Origin: Spirochaetota bacterium
Lineage (GTDB): Bacteria > Spirochaetota > UBA4802 > UBA5550
Direction: 5' to 3'
Assembly (NCBI GenBank): GCA_009787025.1
Contig: WRGT01000070.1
Location: forward strand, 1-58,066
DNA length: 58,066 bases
Position numbers and translations under genes: made by a program. Of this stretch, positions 18,870 to 26,666 are shown piece after piece. Each line of letters opens with the position of its first letter. The first letter of the stretch is position 1. A model generated the notes under the pieces. The model made no database searches. It was not told the origin of the DNA and saw only the letters and a program-made list of their open reading frames with translations.

Positions 18870-19130
18870 AAGAAAGCAATAATTGAATACTGCCCATTTA
18901 ATAAAATTTTTGCAAGAAAAATTTAATGTTCCCGCATTAAGTATTACGAACGGCAGGAAGAAAATGTAAAAAAATTTTGATTTTTTTACATTTTTAATTA
19001 TCGCGGTATAATTTTGCCCGTAGGGCATTTATATCAATAGATAATAGCATAATAAACAAATAGTCCGTAGGACTTTAACTGAATACACCAAATATTTTGT
19101 TATTTAATCTGTTAAGGGGCTGTCCGAGAA

Positions 19131-19372
19131 GTAACATACAGGCAATTAGTTACATACCTGCGTCATCGCGAGCCGTGTTTTAAGTTCGCCCGATAAAACA
19201 AAGTAAACTCGGCGTGGCGATCCAGTGGGAGAAATTTTATATTACTGCTGTAGTAGTTTCAAATTTAAATTTAAGAAATTAGATGATAATTGTATAATAA
19301 ATTTAAAGCTCTGGATTGCCACGCGCAGGTTACACAATCTATACTTAAACGACCCAAAGCGCTCGCAATGAC
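19131..19372. repeat. nested-palindromic element copy 1 (MITE-like or inverton-like), CGTCATYGCGAGC inverted repeats
   Basis: IR-left cgtcatcgcgagc (19161-19173) and IR-right gctcgcaatgac (19361-19372). Internal GGATYGCCACGC words. The core is the reverse complement of the core at 48707-48916. Confidence 0.75.
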
Positions 19373-19407
19373 ATAGAAAAAGACAAACAAAATTTCACCA
19401 AAAAATC

Positions 19408-19435
19408 TTGACAAAAACAAATTAAAAAATATAAA
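19408..19435 (+). promoter_or_regulatory. sigma70-type promoter of DUF1566-OMP module 1
   Basis: TTGACA (19408-19413), 16-nt spacer, TATAAA (19430-19435). The same arrangement is conserved at 21053-21080. Confidence 0.6.
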
Positions 19436-19443
19436 TTCATTTT

Positions 19444-20169
19444 ATGAAACATATTATGGAAATGTACGGGTTAAAAATTTTCAAGTACGGGTTGAAGATT
19501 TTCAACCCCAGCCCGCATACGCCGATTCCGAAAGCTAATCGGAAAAATAAAATACAAATAATAAAAGATAAAATTTCAGCGCTGATGTTAATAACGGCTT
19601 TCTGTTTATTAACCGCCTGCGAAATTATCGCAGATGATTCGGGCGGAGAGGATGGATATGAATTTGTTCCCATAACTTACAACATTGGCGATAAAGGTCC
19701 CGGCGGTGGAATAGTCTTCTACTATGACCCGGATGGTTTTACTATGACTGATACTTCCAAAAAATGTTACTATCTTGAAGTCTCTCGTGTGGATATGGGA
19801 AATCTTGCATGGGCATTAGATGGTTTTGATAACACTCCAATTAGCGATACTTCAGAAGAAATTGGCACAGGTCGAAACAATACTAATGTCATATTTGGAG
19901 AAATAGGTGAAAACGCCCCTGCGGCAAAAGCTTGCATAGATTACAGTGGTGGTGGAAAAAATGACTGGTTTTTACCGAGCAAAGATGAGTTATATGAACT
20001 CTACCAAAATAGGAGTTATGTTGGTAATTTAAGTGGTAGTGATTCCTATTGGTCTTCGTCGGATGCCTCTATGAATTGTGCGTGGGCTCATGATTTCTAT
20101 AACAACAATCCGAACGCCGGTAACTCTAAGACAAGTCCCCTTTCAGTCCGCGCTATTCGGGCTTTTTAA
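19444..20169 (+). CDS. DUF1566 / Fibrobacter-type paralogous-domain lipoprotein, copy 1
   Basis: Lipobox ..MLITAFCLLTAC, then GDKGPGGGIVFYYDP..YYLEV..GTGRNNT..AAKACIDYSGGGKNDWFLPSKDELYELY..YWSSS..SVRAIRAF, which looks DUF1566-like. The true start is uncertain: ATG 19444 (possibly leaderless) or ATG 19585. Confidence 0.6.
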   Translation: MKHIMEMYGLKIFKYGLKIFNPSPHTPIPKANRKNKIQIIKDKISALMLITAFCLLTACEIIADDSGGEDGYEFVPITYNIGDKGPGGGIVFYYDPDGFTMTDTSKKCYYLEVSRVDMGNLAWALDGFDNTPISDTSEEIGTGRNNTNVIFGEIGENAPAAKACIDYSGGGKNDWFLPSKDELYELYQNRSYVGNLSGSDSYWSSSDASMNCAWAHDFYNNNPNAGNSKTSPLSVRAIRAF

Positions 20170-20284
20170 CCCCTTAACTATTAAATGAGGAGTGTAAGGG
20201 AACTGTTGAATAAAGATTGGAATGAATGAAACACTAATTATTTAAAACATTAAAAATTAAAATTTCAAAGATTAAATAAATAAG

Positions 20285-21001
20285 ATGAAAAAAATTTTAT
20301 TATTAACATTCACGGTAATAACATTCACAGCAATAATATCAATTATTGTATCGTGTAAGTTATATGCTGTTGATGTGTCGGCAGGCGCTGCTACATGGTA
20401 TGCGTGGTATAAAGCAAGCAGCGGTGAAAAAGTTGATCCTGCATTTTTTTATGGTCCTGCTCTGTCTGTAAAATTTGATGACGACTATAATCTTACCTTT
20501 GTATATTACTATGGCGAGTATGAATATAATTCGGGGAAAAAATCGAAACGTCACGATTCCGACATTGCTCTGAACTATAGATTAAATGATTATTTGAAGA
20601 TTTTTGGCGGTATAAAATATCATAAAGTTATAACTACTTCAAATGAGGGTTCACATCCTCCTGTTGTAATATACGGTATAAAAGCCGATTCCATAGGTCC
20701 GGGAGTAGGGTTAACAGCGGCATATCCCCTTGTTGAAAATATGTACATCCTTGCTACAGGGGCAGGATTATTTTCATGGAGAACTGCAGAATATGATTTA
20801 GGTCCTAGAGGTAAAGAAAACAGAAACTATAACAGTTATGGTTATAATCTGACCATGTCGGTTGTATATTATATAACTCCTGCTTCAACTGTGATAAATC
20901 TTGGCGGAAGATATCAATGCTCAATAGACAGGATAAATACGAATATACAAGACACCTATTATGGTATTACCCTAACGGCAACATATTCTTTCAGCATATA
21001 G
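20285..21001 (+). CDS. small outer-membrane beta-barrel protein, paralogue 1
   Basis: Signal peptide ending ..KLYA/VD. Alternating hydrophobic/aromatic strands (ATWYAWYK, LTFVYYYGEYEY, IALNYRLN, LKIFGGIKY, YGITLTATYSFSI at the C-terminus). Confidence 0.65.
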   Translation: MKKILLLTFTVITFTAIISIIVSCKLYAVDVSAGAATWYAWYKASSGEKVDPAFFYGPALSVKFDDDYNLTFVYYYGEYEYNSGKKSKRHDSDIALNYRLNDYLKIFGGIKYHKVITTSNEGSHPPVVIYGIKADSIGPGVGLTAAYPLVENMYILATGAGLFSWRTAEYDLGPRGKENRNYNSYGYNLTMSVVYYITPASTVINLGGRYQCSIDRINTNIQDTYYGITLTATYSFSI

Positions 21002-21052
21002 TATTGTTTTTTTGGCGAGTTTGGGTATGGAGCAAAATTATTTCAAAAAATA

Positions 21053-21080
21053 TTGACAAAAACAAATTAAAAAGTATAAA
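21053..21080 (+). promoter_or_regulatory. sigma70-type promoter of DUF1566-OMP module 2
   Basis: TTGACA (21053-21058), 16-nt spacer, TATAAA (21075-21080). Paralogous to 19408-19435. Confidence 0.6.
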
Positions 21081-21088
21081 TTCATTTT

Positions 21089-21847
21089 ATGAAGCATACT
21101 ATGGAAATGTACGGATTGAAAATTTTCAAGTACAAGTTGAAGATTTTCAATCCCAACCAGCATACGCCGATTCCGAAAGCTAATCGGAAAAATAAAATAC
21201 AAATAATAAAAGATAAAATTTTATTGATGATTAAATCAATATCTACACTCCGCTTGAGTCTTAAATTGACAATAGCCGCTTTCGGTTTGCTCATTGCATG
21301 CTCGGAGGATTTGGGAACCGGAGAGGACGGATATGGATATGAATATGTTCCCAGAACTTACAAAATCGGCGATAAAGGTCCCGGCGGTGGAATGATCTTC
21401 TACCATGATCCCGATGGTTTTATTATGACTGATACTTCCGAAAGATGTTACTATCTTGAAGCCGCTCCTAAGGATATACCTACATCTCTTGAATGGGCAT
21501 TAACTGGTCATGAGTCCGCTCAAATTTCCGAGACTGAAGTATATATTGGCACAGGTCGAAAGAATACGGCTCGTATACTTGAAAAAATAGATACGTTTGC
21601 CCCTGCGGCAGAAGCTTGCAGAGATTACAGTAGTGGTGGAAAAAACGATTGGTTTTTACCAAGCATAGATGAGTTACATGAACTCTATGAAAAAAAGGAT
21701 TTGGTTGATAATTTAAGTAATGGTTACTACTGGTCTTCGTCGGAGAGCAGTCCTAGTAATGCGTGGTATCAACCTTTCTCCAGTAGCAGCCCGTCTACCT
21801 TAGGCAAGAATACTAAGCATTCAGTACGTGCTATTCGGGCTTTTTAA
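21089..21847 (+). CDS. DUF1566 / Fibrobacter-type paralogous-domain lipoprotein, copy 2
   Basis: An internal ATG at 21227 gives a textbook lipoprotein signal, MIKSISTLRLSLKLTIAAFGLLIAC. The mature part is paralogous to copy 1 (GDKGPGGGMIFYHDP..GGKNDWFLPSIDELHELY..SVRAIRAF). Confidence 0.6.
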   Translation: MKHTMEMYGLKIFKYKLKIFNPNQHTPIPKANRKNKIQIIKDKILLMIKSISTLRLSLKLTIAAFGLLIACSEDLGTGEDGYGYEYVPRTYKIGDKGPGGGMIFYHDPDGFIMTDTSERCYYLEAAPKDIPTSLEWALTGHESAQISETEVYIGTGRKNTARILEKIDTFAPAAEACRDYSSGGKNDWFLPSIDELHELYEKKDLVDNLSNGYYWSSSESSPSNAWYQPFSSSSPSTLGKNTKHSVRAIRAF

Positions 21848-21973
21848 CACTTTGACTATTAGACGAGAGTGCAAGGAACTGTTGAATAAGAATGGGAATG
21901 TATGAAACACTAATTATTTAAAAATTAAAAATTTAGAAGACTAAATAAATAATTAGAAGATTAAATAAATAAG

Positions 21974-22705
21974 ATGAAAAAATTTTTATTATTAACATTC
22001 ACAGCAATAACATTCACAGCAATAACATTCACGGCAATAATATCAATAATTGTTCCGTGTAAGTTATATGCTGTTGATATATCGGCAGGCGCTGCTGTTT
22101 GGTATTCATGGTATAAACCGGGCGGCGGTGAAAAAGTTAATCCTGCATTTTTTTATGGTCCTGCCCTGTCTGTAAAATTTAATGACGACTATAATCTGAC
22201 CTTCGTATATTCCTACGGCGAATATGAATATAATTCGGGAAGAATGTTGAAGCACCACGATTCCGACATTGCTCTGAACTATAGATTAAATGATTATTGT
22301 AAGATTTTTGGCGGTATAAAATACCGTAAAATTATAGCAAGTTCAAATGAAGATTCAAATCCTCCAGTTGTACTATACGGTATAAAAACCGATTCTATAG
22401 GTCCCGGATTAGGTTTTACAGCGGCATATCCCTTGGTTGAAAATACTTACCTCATTGGTACAGGTGCAGGATTATTTTTATGGAGAAAGTCGGAATATGA
22501 TTTGGGCTATGGTGATAAAGATAATAGAAACTATACCAGTTATGGTTATAATTTAACAATGTCAATTGTATATTATATAGCCCCTGCTTCAACGGTAATA
22601 AATCTTGGCGGAAGATATCAATGTTTCATAGATAGAAAGAATACGGCTATAAAAGACACTTATTATGGTATTACACTAACGGCAACATATTCTTTCAACA
22701 TATAG
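21974..22705 (+). CDS. small outer-membrane beta-barrel protein, paralogue 2
   Basis: Collinear with 20285..21001 and ends YGITLTATYSFNI. The signal peptide carries three copies of a 15-nt unit (TFTAI x3). Confidence 0.65.
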   Translation: MKKFLLLTFTAITFTAITFTAIISIIVPCKLYAVDISAGAAVWYSWYKPGGGEKVNPAFFYGPALSVKFNDDYNLTFVYSYGEYEYNSGRMLKHHDSDIALNYRLNDYCKIFGGIKYRKIIASSNEDSNPPVVLYGIKTDSIGPGLGFTAAYPLVENTYLIGTGAGLFLWRKSEYDLGYGDKDNRNYTSYGYNLTMSIVYYIAPASTVINLGGRYQCFIDRKNTAIKDTYYGITLTATYSFNI

Positions 22706-22745
22706 AATTGTTTTTTTTGGCGAGTTTGGGGACATCACAGAAGTT

Positions 22746-24197
22746 CTATTTTCTCCAAAAATCTCTTGAAAAAATTATCAGCACAGTGTAGAGTTCTAAT
22801 CTCCCTGCCAGCATGACAAAGCTGAGCCACCATTTTACATATGACGGGAAGAACTCATAGCTGCCCTTAGGACCTACTTTGCCGAGTCCCGGACCGACAT
22901 TCCCTATAGCGGCAAAAGCAGAACCAAATGAGGTTTCCATATCTACCTCAGATGATGATACGACAAGAGTAGTTACAATAGCCAAAAACATATACATGAA
23001 GAAAAAACCTGATATTGCATAGATCATATCCTTTTTTACAGGCTTGCCGTTTATCCTCAATATAAATACTCCGCGCGGATGGAGAAGATGTTTAATCTCT
23101 ATTAAACCCTGTTTTAGCAGAGTAACCAGTCGTATTACCTTCATACCTCCGCTGGTAGATCCCGAACAACCTCCGACAAACATAAGAACAAAAAGTACGG
23201 TTTGACTTAAGAAGGGCCATTGCTCATAATCTGCAGATACGAAACCTGTTGTTGTCATGATTGATGCAACTTGAAATGATGCATGCCTTACGGCTTCGGT
23301 TATAGAGTTATAATTCGTCCCTAATGTTTCCGATGTAATAATAAACGTTGCCACAAAGAATATGGATAGATATCCCTTAAGCTCTGAGTCTTTTAAAATA
23401 TTTTTATAATTACCTGAGATCAGCCAAAAATGAAGACTAAAATTGATGCCGCAAATTACCATAAAACATGTAATTACTGCTTCAATATAGGCAGAATTAT
23501 AATGGGCAACACTGGAGTTTTTAATTGAAAAACCTCCGGTTGCAACTGTGCTGAAGGCATGCGTTAAAGCGTCAATAAGAGACATTCCTCCAATCAGTAA
23601 CAGGATTGTCACAATAGCAGTAAGTACAAAGTAAATGATCCATAAAATTTTTGCAGTCTCTGCTACCCTTGCAGTGAGTTTATCAACTTTTGAGCCCGGA
23701 GCCTCTGCAACAATCAATTGCAGTCCTTTTATCCCAAGAACAGGCAGGACGGCTACAGTTAATACAACTATTCCCATTCCGCCTAACCAATGCGTAAGAG
23801 ATCTCCAAAAAAGAAGTGAAACAGGCAATGTTTCAATATTGGGTAATATTGTAGCTCCTGTTGTGGAAAATCCCGACATAGCTTCAAAATAGGCATCAGT
23901 AAGCTGAGGAATTGCTCCTGATATGTAGTATGGCAGCGCCCCTATTAATGAAGCCGTTACCCAGCTTAAAGTAACAAATAAAAATCCGTCCCTTTGGGTT
24001 ATTTTATTTACGTTCTCTTCTTTAGATAAGATTTTAACTGCAAAAAAGAATACTATTGAAATACCGATTGTTATTAATATTGCATAAAGCGCTTCATTCT
24101 CATTGTATAATGCCGCAATAATTGCCGGAATAATCATAAAACCTGATATGATAGCAAGGATTACAGATAACATGCGGAGTATAATTTTAATATTCAT
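22746..24197 (-). CDS. trkH: TrkH-family potassium uptake permease
   Basis: 483-aa polytopic membrane protein with repeated selectivity-filter-like TTGF/TGGF/TTTGF segments (MSGFSTTGAT, ATGGFS, MTTTGF). Adjacent to trkA. Confidence 0.9.
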   Translation of the reverse strand: MNIKIILRMLSVILAIISGFMIIPAIIAALYNENEALYAILITIGISIVFFFAVKILSKEENVNKITQRDGFLFVTLSWVTASLIGALPYYISGAIPQLTDAYFEAMSGFSTTGATILPNIETLPVSLLFWRSLTHWLGGMGIVVLTVAVLPVLGIKGLQLIVAEAPGSKVDKLTARVAETAKILWIIYFVLTAIVTILLLIGGMSLIDALTHAFSTVATGGFSIKNSSVAHYNSAYIEAVITCFMVICGINFSLHFWLISGNYKNILKDSELKGYLSIFFVATFIITSETLGTNYNSITEAVRHASFQVASIMTTTGFVSADYEQWPFLSQTVLFVLMFVGGCSGSTSGGMKVIRLVTLLKQGLIEIKHLLHPRGVFILRINGKPVKKDMIYAISGFFFMYMFLAIVTTLVVSSSEVDMETSFGSAFAAIGNVGPGLGKVGPKGSYEFFPSYVKWWLSFVMLAGRLELYTVLIIFSRDFWRK

Positions 24198-24220
24198 TAT
24201 CTACACTTTTACAATTAAAT

Positions 24221-25570
24221 CTAATTTAGAAAAACTTTTTCAAGAGCCTGAATCGATTCTCTTTTTACTATAGTAATTACCCTGTCTCCATTAAGCACGA
24301 CAAAGTTGCCGTCTGGTATTTCATTTACTTTGTTTCTAACTACTGTCAGGATCAATGAATCCGGCGGTATTTTAATATCTTTAATAGGAATTCCTATAAT
24401 CTCACTATTATCCTGTATGGAAAATTCTATCACCTCGGCGCTGTTGCCGAATAGTGTGTGAACGCTTCTAATCTCACCCTTGCGGATATATTTTATAATA
24501 GCGTCAACAGTACTGTTCCTTGGGCTTACCGTAACATCTATCCCTAATTTATTTGATATTAACATATAATTCGGATGATTAACAACTGCTATTGCTCTGC
24601 CGATACCCATGTTTTTACCATAAGCGGCATTGAGTATGTTAAGTTCCTGATTGTCGGTAGTTGTAATTATCAGATCATGGGCGCTGAGATTTTCCTCTTC
24701 AAAAATAGTTTCATCGGATATATCTGCATTTATTATGAGGACATCGGGATATTTTTCAGTCAGAGTTCTGCATGTTTCATAATTTGGGTCTATAATAGTA
24801 ATTTTTACGCCGGTTCTTATTAGATATTTTGTTACGAGAAATCCAATCCTTCCGCCGCCAATTATGAGAATTTTATCAATGCTTACGCTTTTTTTCCCTG
24901 TTTCTATAAAGAGTTTTGTCAATGTTTTCCGAGATGCGATTATATATATAATATCATCTTCAAGAATAGTAGTATTACCTGTGGGGATGATAAAATTGTT
25001 TTCTCTTACAATCCCTGTGATTAAAAATTTTCCCCCCGGATTTATTGTTTTACGGATTTCTATGAGATTTTTATTTTTAAAGAATGATTTGGAGTTCACC
25101 TGATAGTTTCTAATCTCAACATCCGATTTTTCAAAAAGCATAACATCGCTCATTGCGCCCAGAGCGACACTATTGGCTATTTGACGGGCTGTTTCTACTT
25201 CTGGATTTACTACAAAGTCTATTCCAAGAAATGATTTTTCAAATATCTTTGCTCTTGAATAATCTATATTTCTTACTCTTGCAATCTTAATCGGAACGTT
25301 AAATTCGCTTTCAACTATACCGCAGGCAATCATATTTACTTCATCAGAGTCAACTACGCTGAGAAAACAGTCTGCTTTTTCAATCCCGGCTTTTTTAAGC
25401 GTTAAAAAGCTGTTCCCTTCGTCATTTAGCACAATGCAGTCGAGATGAGCGTCTATATAACGCGCCCGTTCGGAATTTTTTTCTATTATTGCCACATTAT
25501 GTCCTTCGGAAATAAGTTGAGATGCTATTTGATATCCGACTACTCCTGCGCCTAAAATAACAATATTCAT
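24221..25570 (-). CDS. trkA: Trk system potassium uptake protein TrkA (two RCK/NAD-binding domains)
   Basis: 449 aa. Has GAGVVGYQIA and GGGRIGFLV Rossmann motifs in tandem halves. Confidence 0.9.
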   Translation of the reverse strand: MNIVILGAGVVGYQIASQLISEGHNVAIIEKNSERARYIDAHLDCIVLNDEGNSFLTLKKAGIEKADCFLSVVDSDEVNMIACGIVESEFNVPIKIARVRNIDYSRAKIFEKSFLGIDFVVNPEVETARQIANSVALGAMSDVMLFEKSDVEIRNYQVNSKSFFKNKNLIEIRKTINPGGKFLITGIVRENNFIIPTGNTTILEDDIIYIIASRKTLTKLFIETGKKSVSIDKILIIGGGRIGFLVTKYLIRTGVKITIIDPNYETCRTLTEKYPDVLIINADISDETIFEEENLSAHDLIITTTDNQELNILNAAYGKNMGIGRAIAVVNHPNYMLISNKLGIDVTVSPRNSTVDAIIKYIRKGEIRSVHTLFGNSAEVIEFSIQDNSEIIGIPIKDIKIPPDSLILTVVRNKVNEIPDGNFVVLNGDRVITIVKRESIQALEKVFLN

Positions 25571-26140
25571 TATTAAATATATCCTCTAATAATTTTCTAT
25601 TAGTATTTTTAGAATTTTATATATAACCATTAATCATTAGCAAATATGAATCTTATACTATTAATTATTTTTTAACTAAAATTTTTTGTATACACTATTA
25701 TTAAATTATTTAAAAACAACATATATTTTGTTAAATTTAATTTATATAGCATTGAATTGTTTTAATTTAATTTTTTATAGTTTATAATTTTTTTATGTTG
25801 AAATTCATGAATATATTTCAATAACATTAATTCAATTATTAGTCTAAATTTAACTTTTTTAATAAATATTATTAAATTTTGGTTATTTTTTTGTATTGAA
25901 AAACTATCATATTAAGTTAATATGTGATATGATAAGACGTAAAGAATAATACTTATTTTAAAGTAGCTGTTTTGATTCCACTCTGCAAAGTGTGATATAA
26001 AATGTGATATATAGAAAAAAATAAATTTTGATTTGATGATGTAACATGAGAGAGAAAAAATAAACTAATCTTTGTGAATAGAAAGATTTTATACAATCTG
26101 CTATTTATTTTTTTTAAATTACATAATGGAGGGTATAACA

Positions 26141-26665
26141 ATGGCGTCAAAACAATTTGAAAAGTTTGATTGGCATACTTTAGGTGATATTACTCTGGGG
26201 AGAAGTAACTTAGGCCAATCTATGCCTGTTATAGTATACAGGCTTATGCAATACACCGTTATTGCCGAACTTAGGAGTCGCTACGGTGAAGATGAGGCAA
26301 ATGATATTATAAGATCTGCAGGTTTTAGAGCGGGTGTTGCGTTTGCTCAGAATGTTCTTGAACCAACTAACGATTTTTCGACATATATTGCCAATCTGCA
26401 GTTGAAGCTTAAAGAACTGTCCATAGGTATTCTTCGCATTGAAAAAGCTGATTTAGATAAATTAGATATAGTTTTAACCGTTAGCGAAGATTTAGATTGT
26501 TCGGGACTACCGGTTACAGATGATACTGTTTGTGTATATGACGAAGGATTTATAGGCGGGATTTTTTACGATTTCACAGGTAAGATATTTAATGTAAGAG
26601 AAATAGATTGCTGGGCAACCGGTGATCGTACTTGTCGCTTTGTTGCTAAGGTGGATGAAGCATAA
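26141..26665 (+). CDS. stand-alone V4R (4-vinyl reductase-like) small-molecule-binding domain protein
   Basis: The C-terminal ..REIDCWATGDRTCRFVAKV is the typical V4R Cys-rich tail. I prefer ATG 26141 (GGAGGG SD 7 nt upstream) over 26126. Confidence 0.6.
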   Translation: MASKQFEKFDWHTLGDITLGRSNLGQSMPVIVYRLMQYTVIAELRSRYGEDEANDIIRSAGFRAGVAFAQNVLEPTNDFSTYIANLQLKLKELSIGILRIEKADLDKLDIVLTVSEDLDCSGLPVTDDTVCVYDEGFIGGIFYDFTGKIFNVREIDCWATGDRTCRFVAKVDEA

Positions 26666-26666
26666 T

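Noticed and set aside
19437-19673. Minus-strand ORFs 19437..19673 and 21082..21294 with near-identical peptides (ILSFIICILFFRLAFGIGVC..).
   Set aside because: They are the antisense of the conserved leader of the duplicated DUF1566 modules. They would run into the promoter and have no start context. Their conservation is explained by the plus-strand element.
25571-26125. Replication origin (oriC) in the long A/T-rich spacer.
   Set aside because: I saw no TTATCCACA-type DnaA boxes or clustered 9-mers. There is no dnaA/dnaN nearby and no strand-bias switch in gene orientation around it.
26622-26666. Track start at 26622 for the GGDEF gene, overlapping the V4R gene by 44 nt.
   Set aside because: ATG 26667 lies 1 nt after the V4R stop, gives MMVYDKE.. 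and avoids a long overlap. The upstream extension (MIVLVALLLRW) is read from within the V4R C-terminal coding region.
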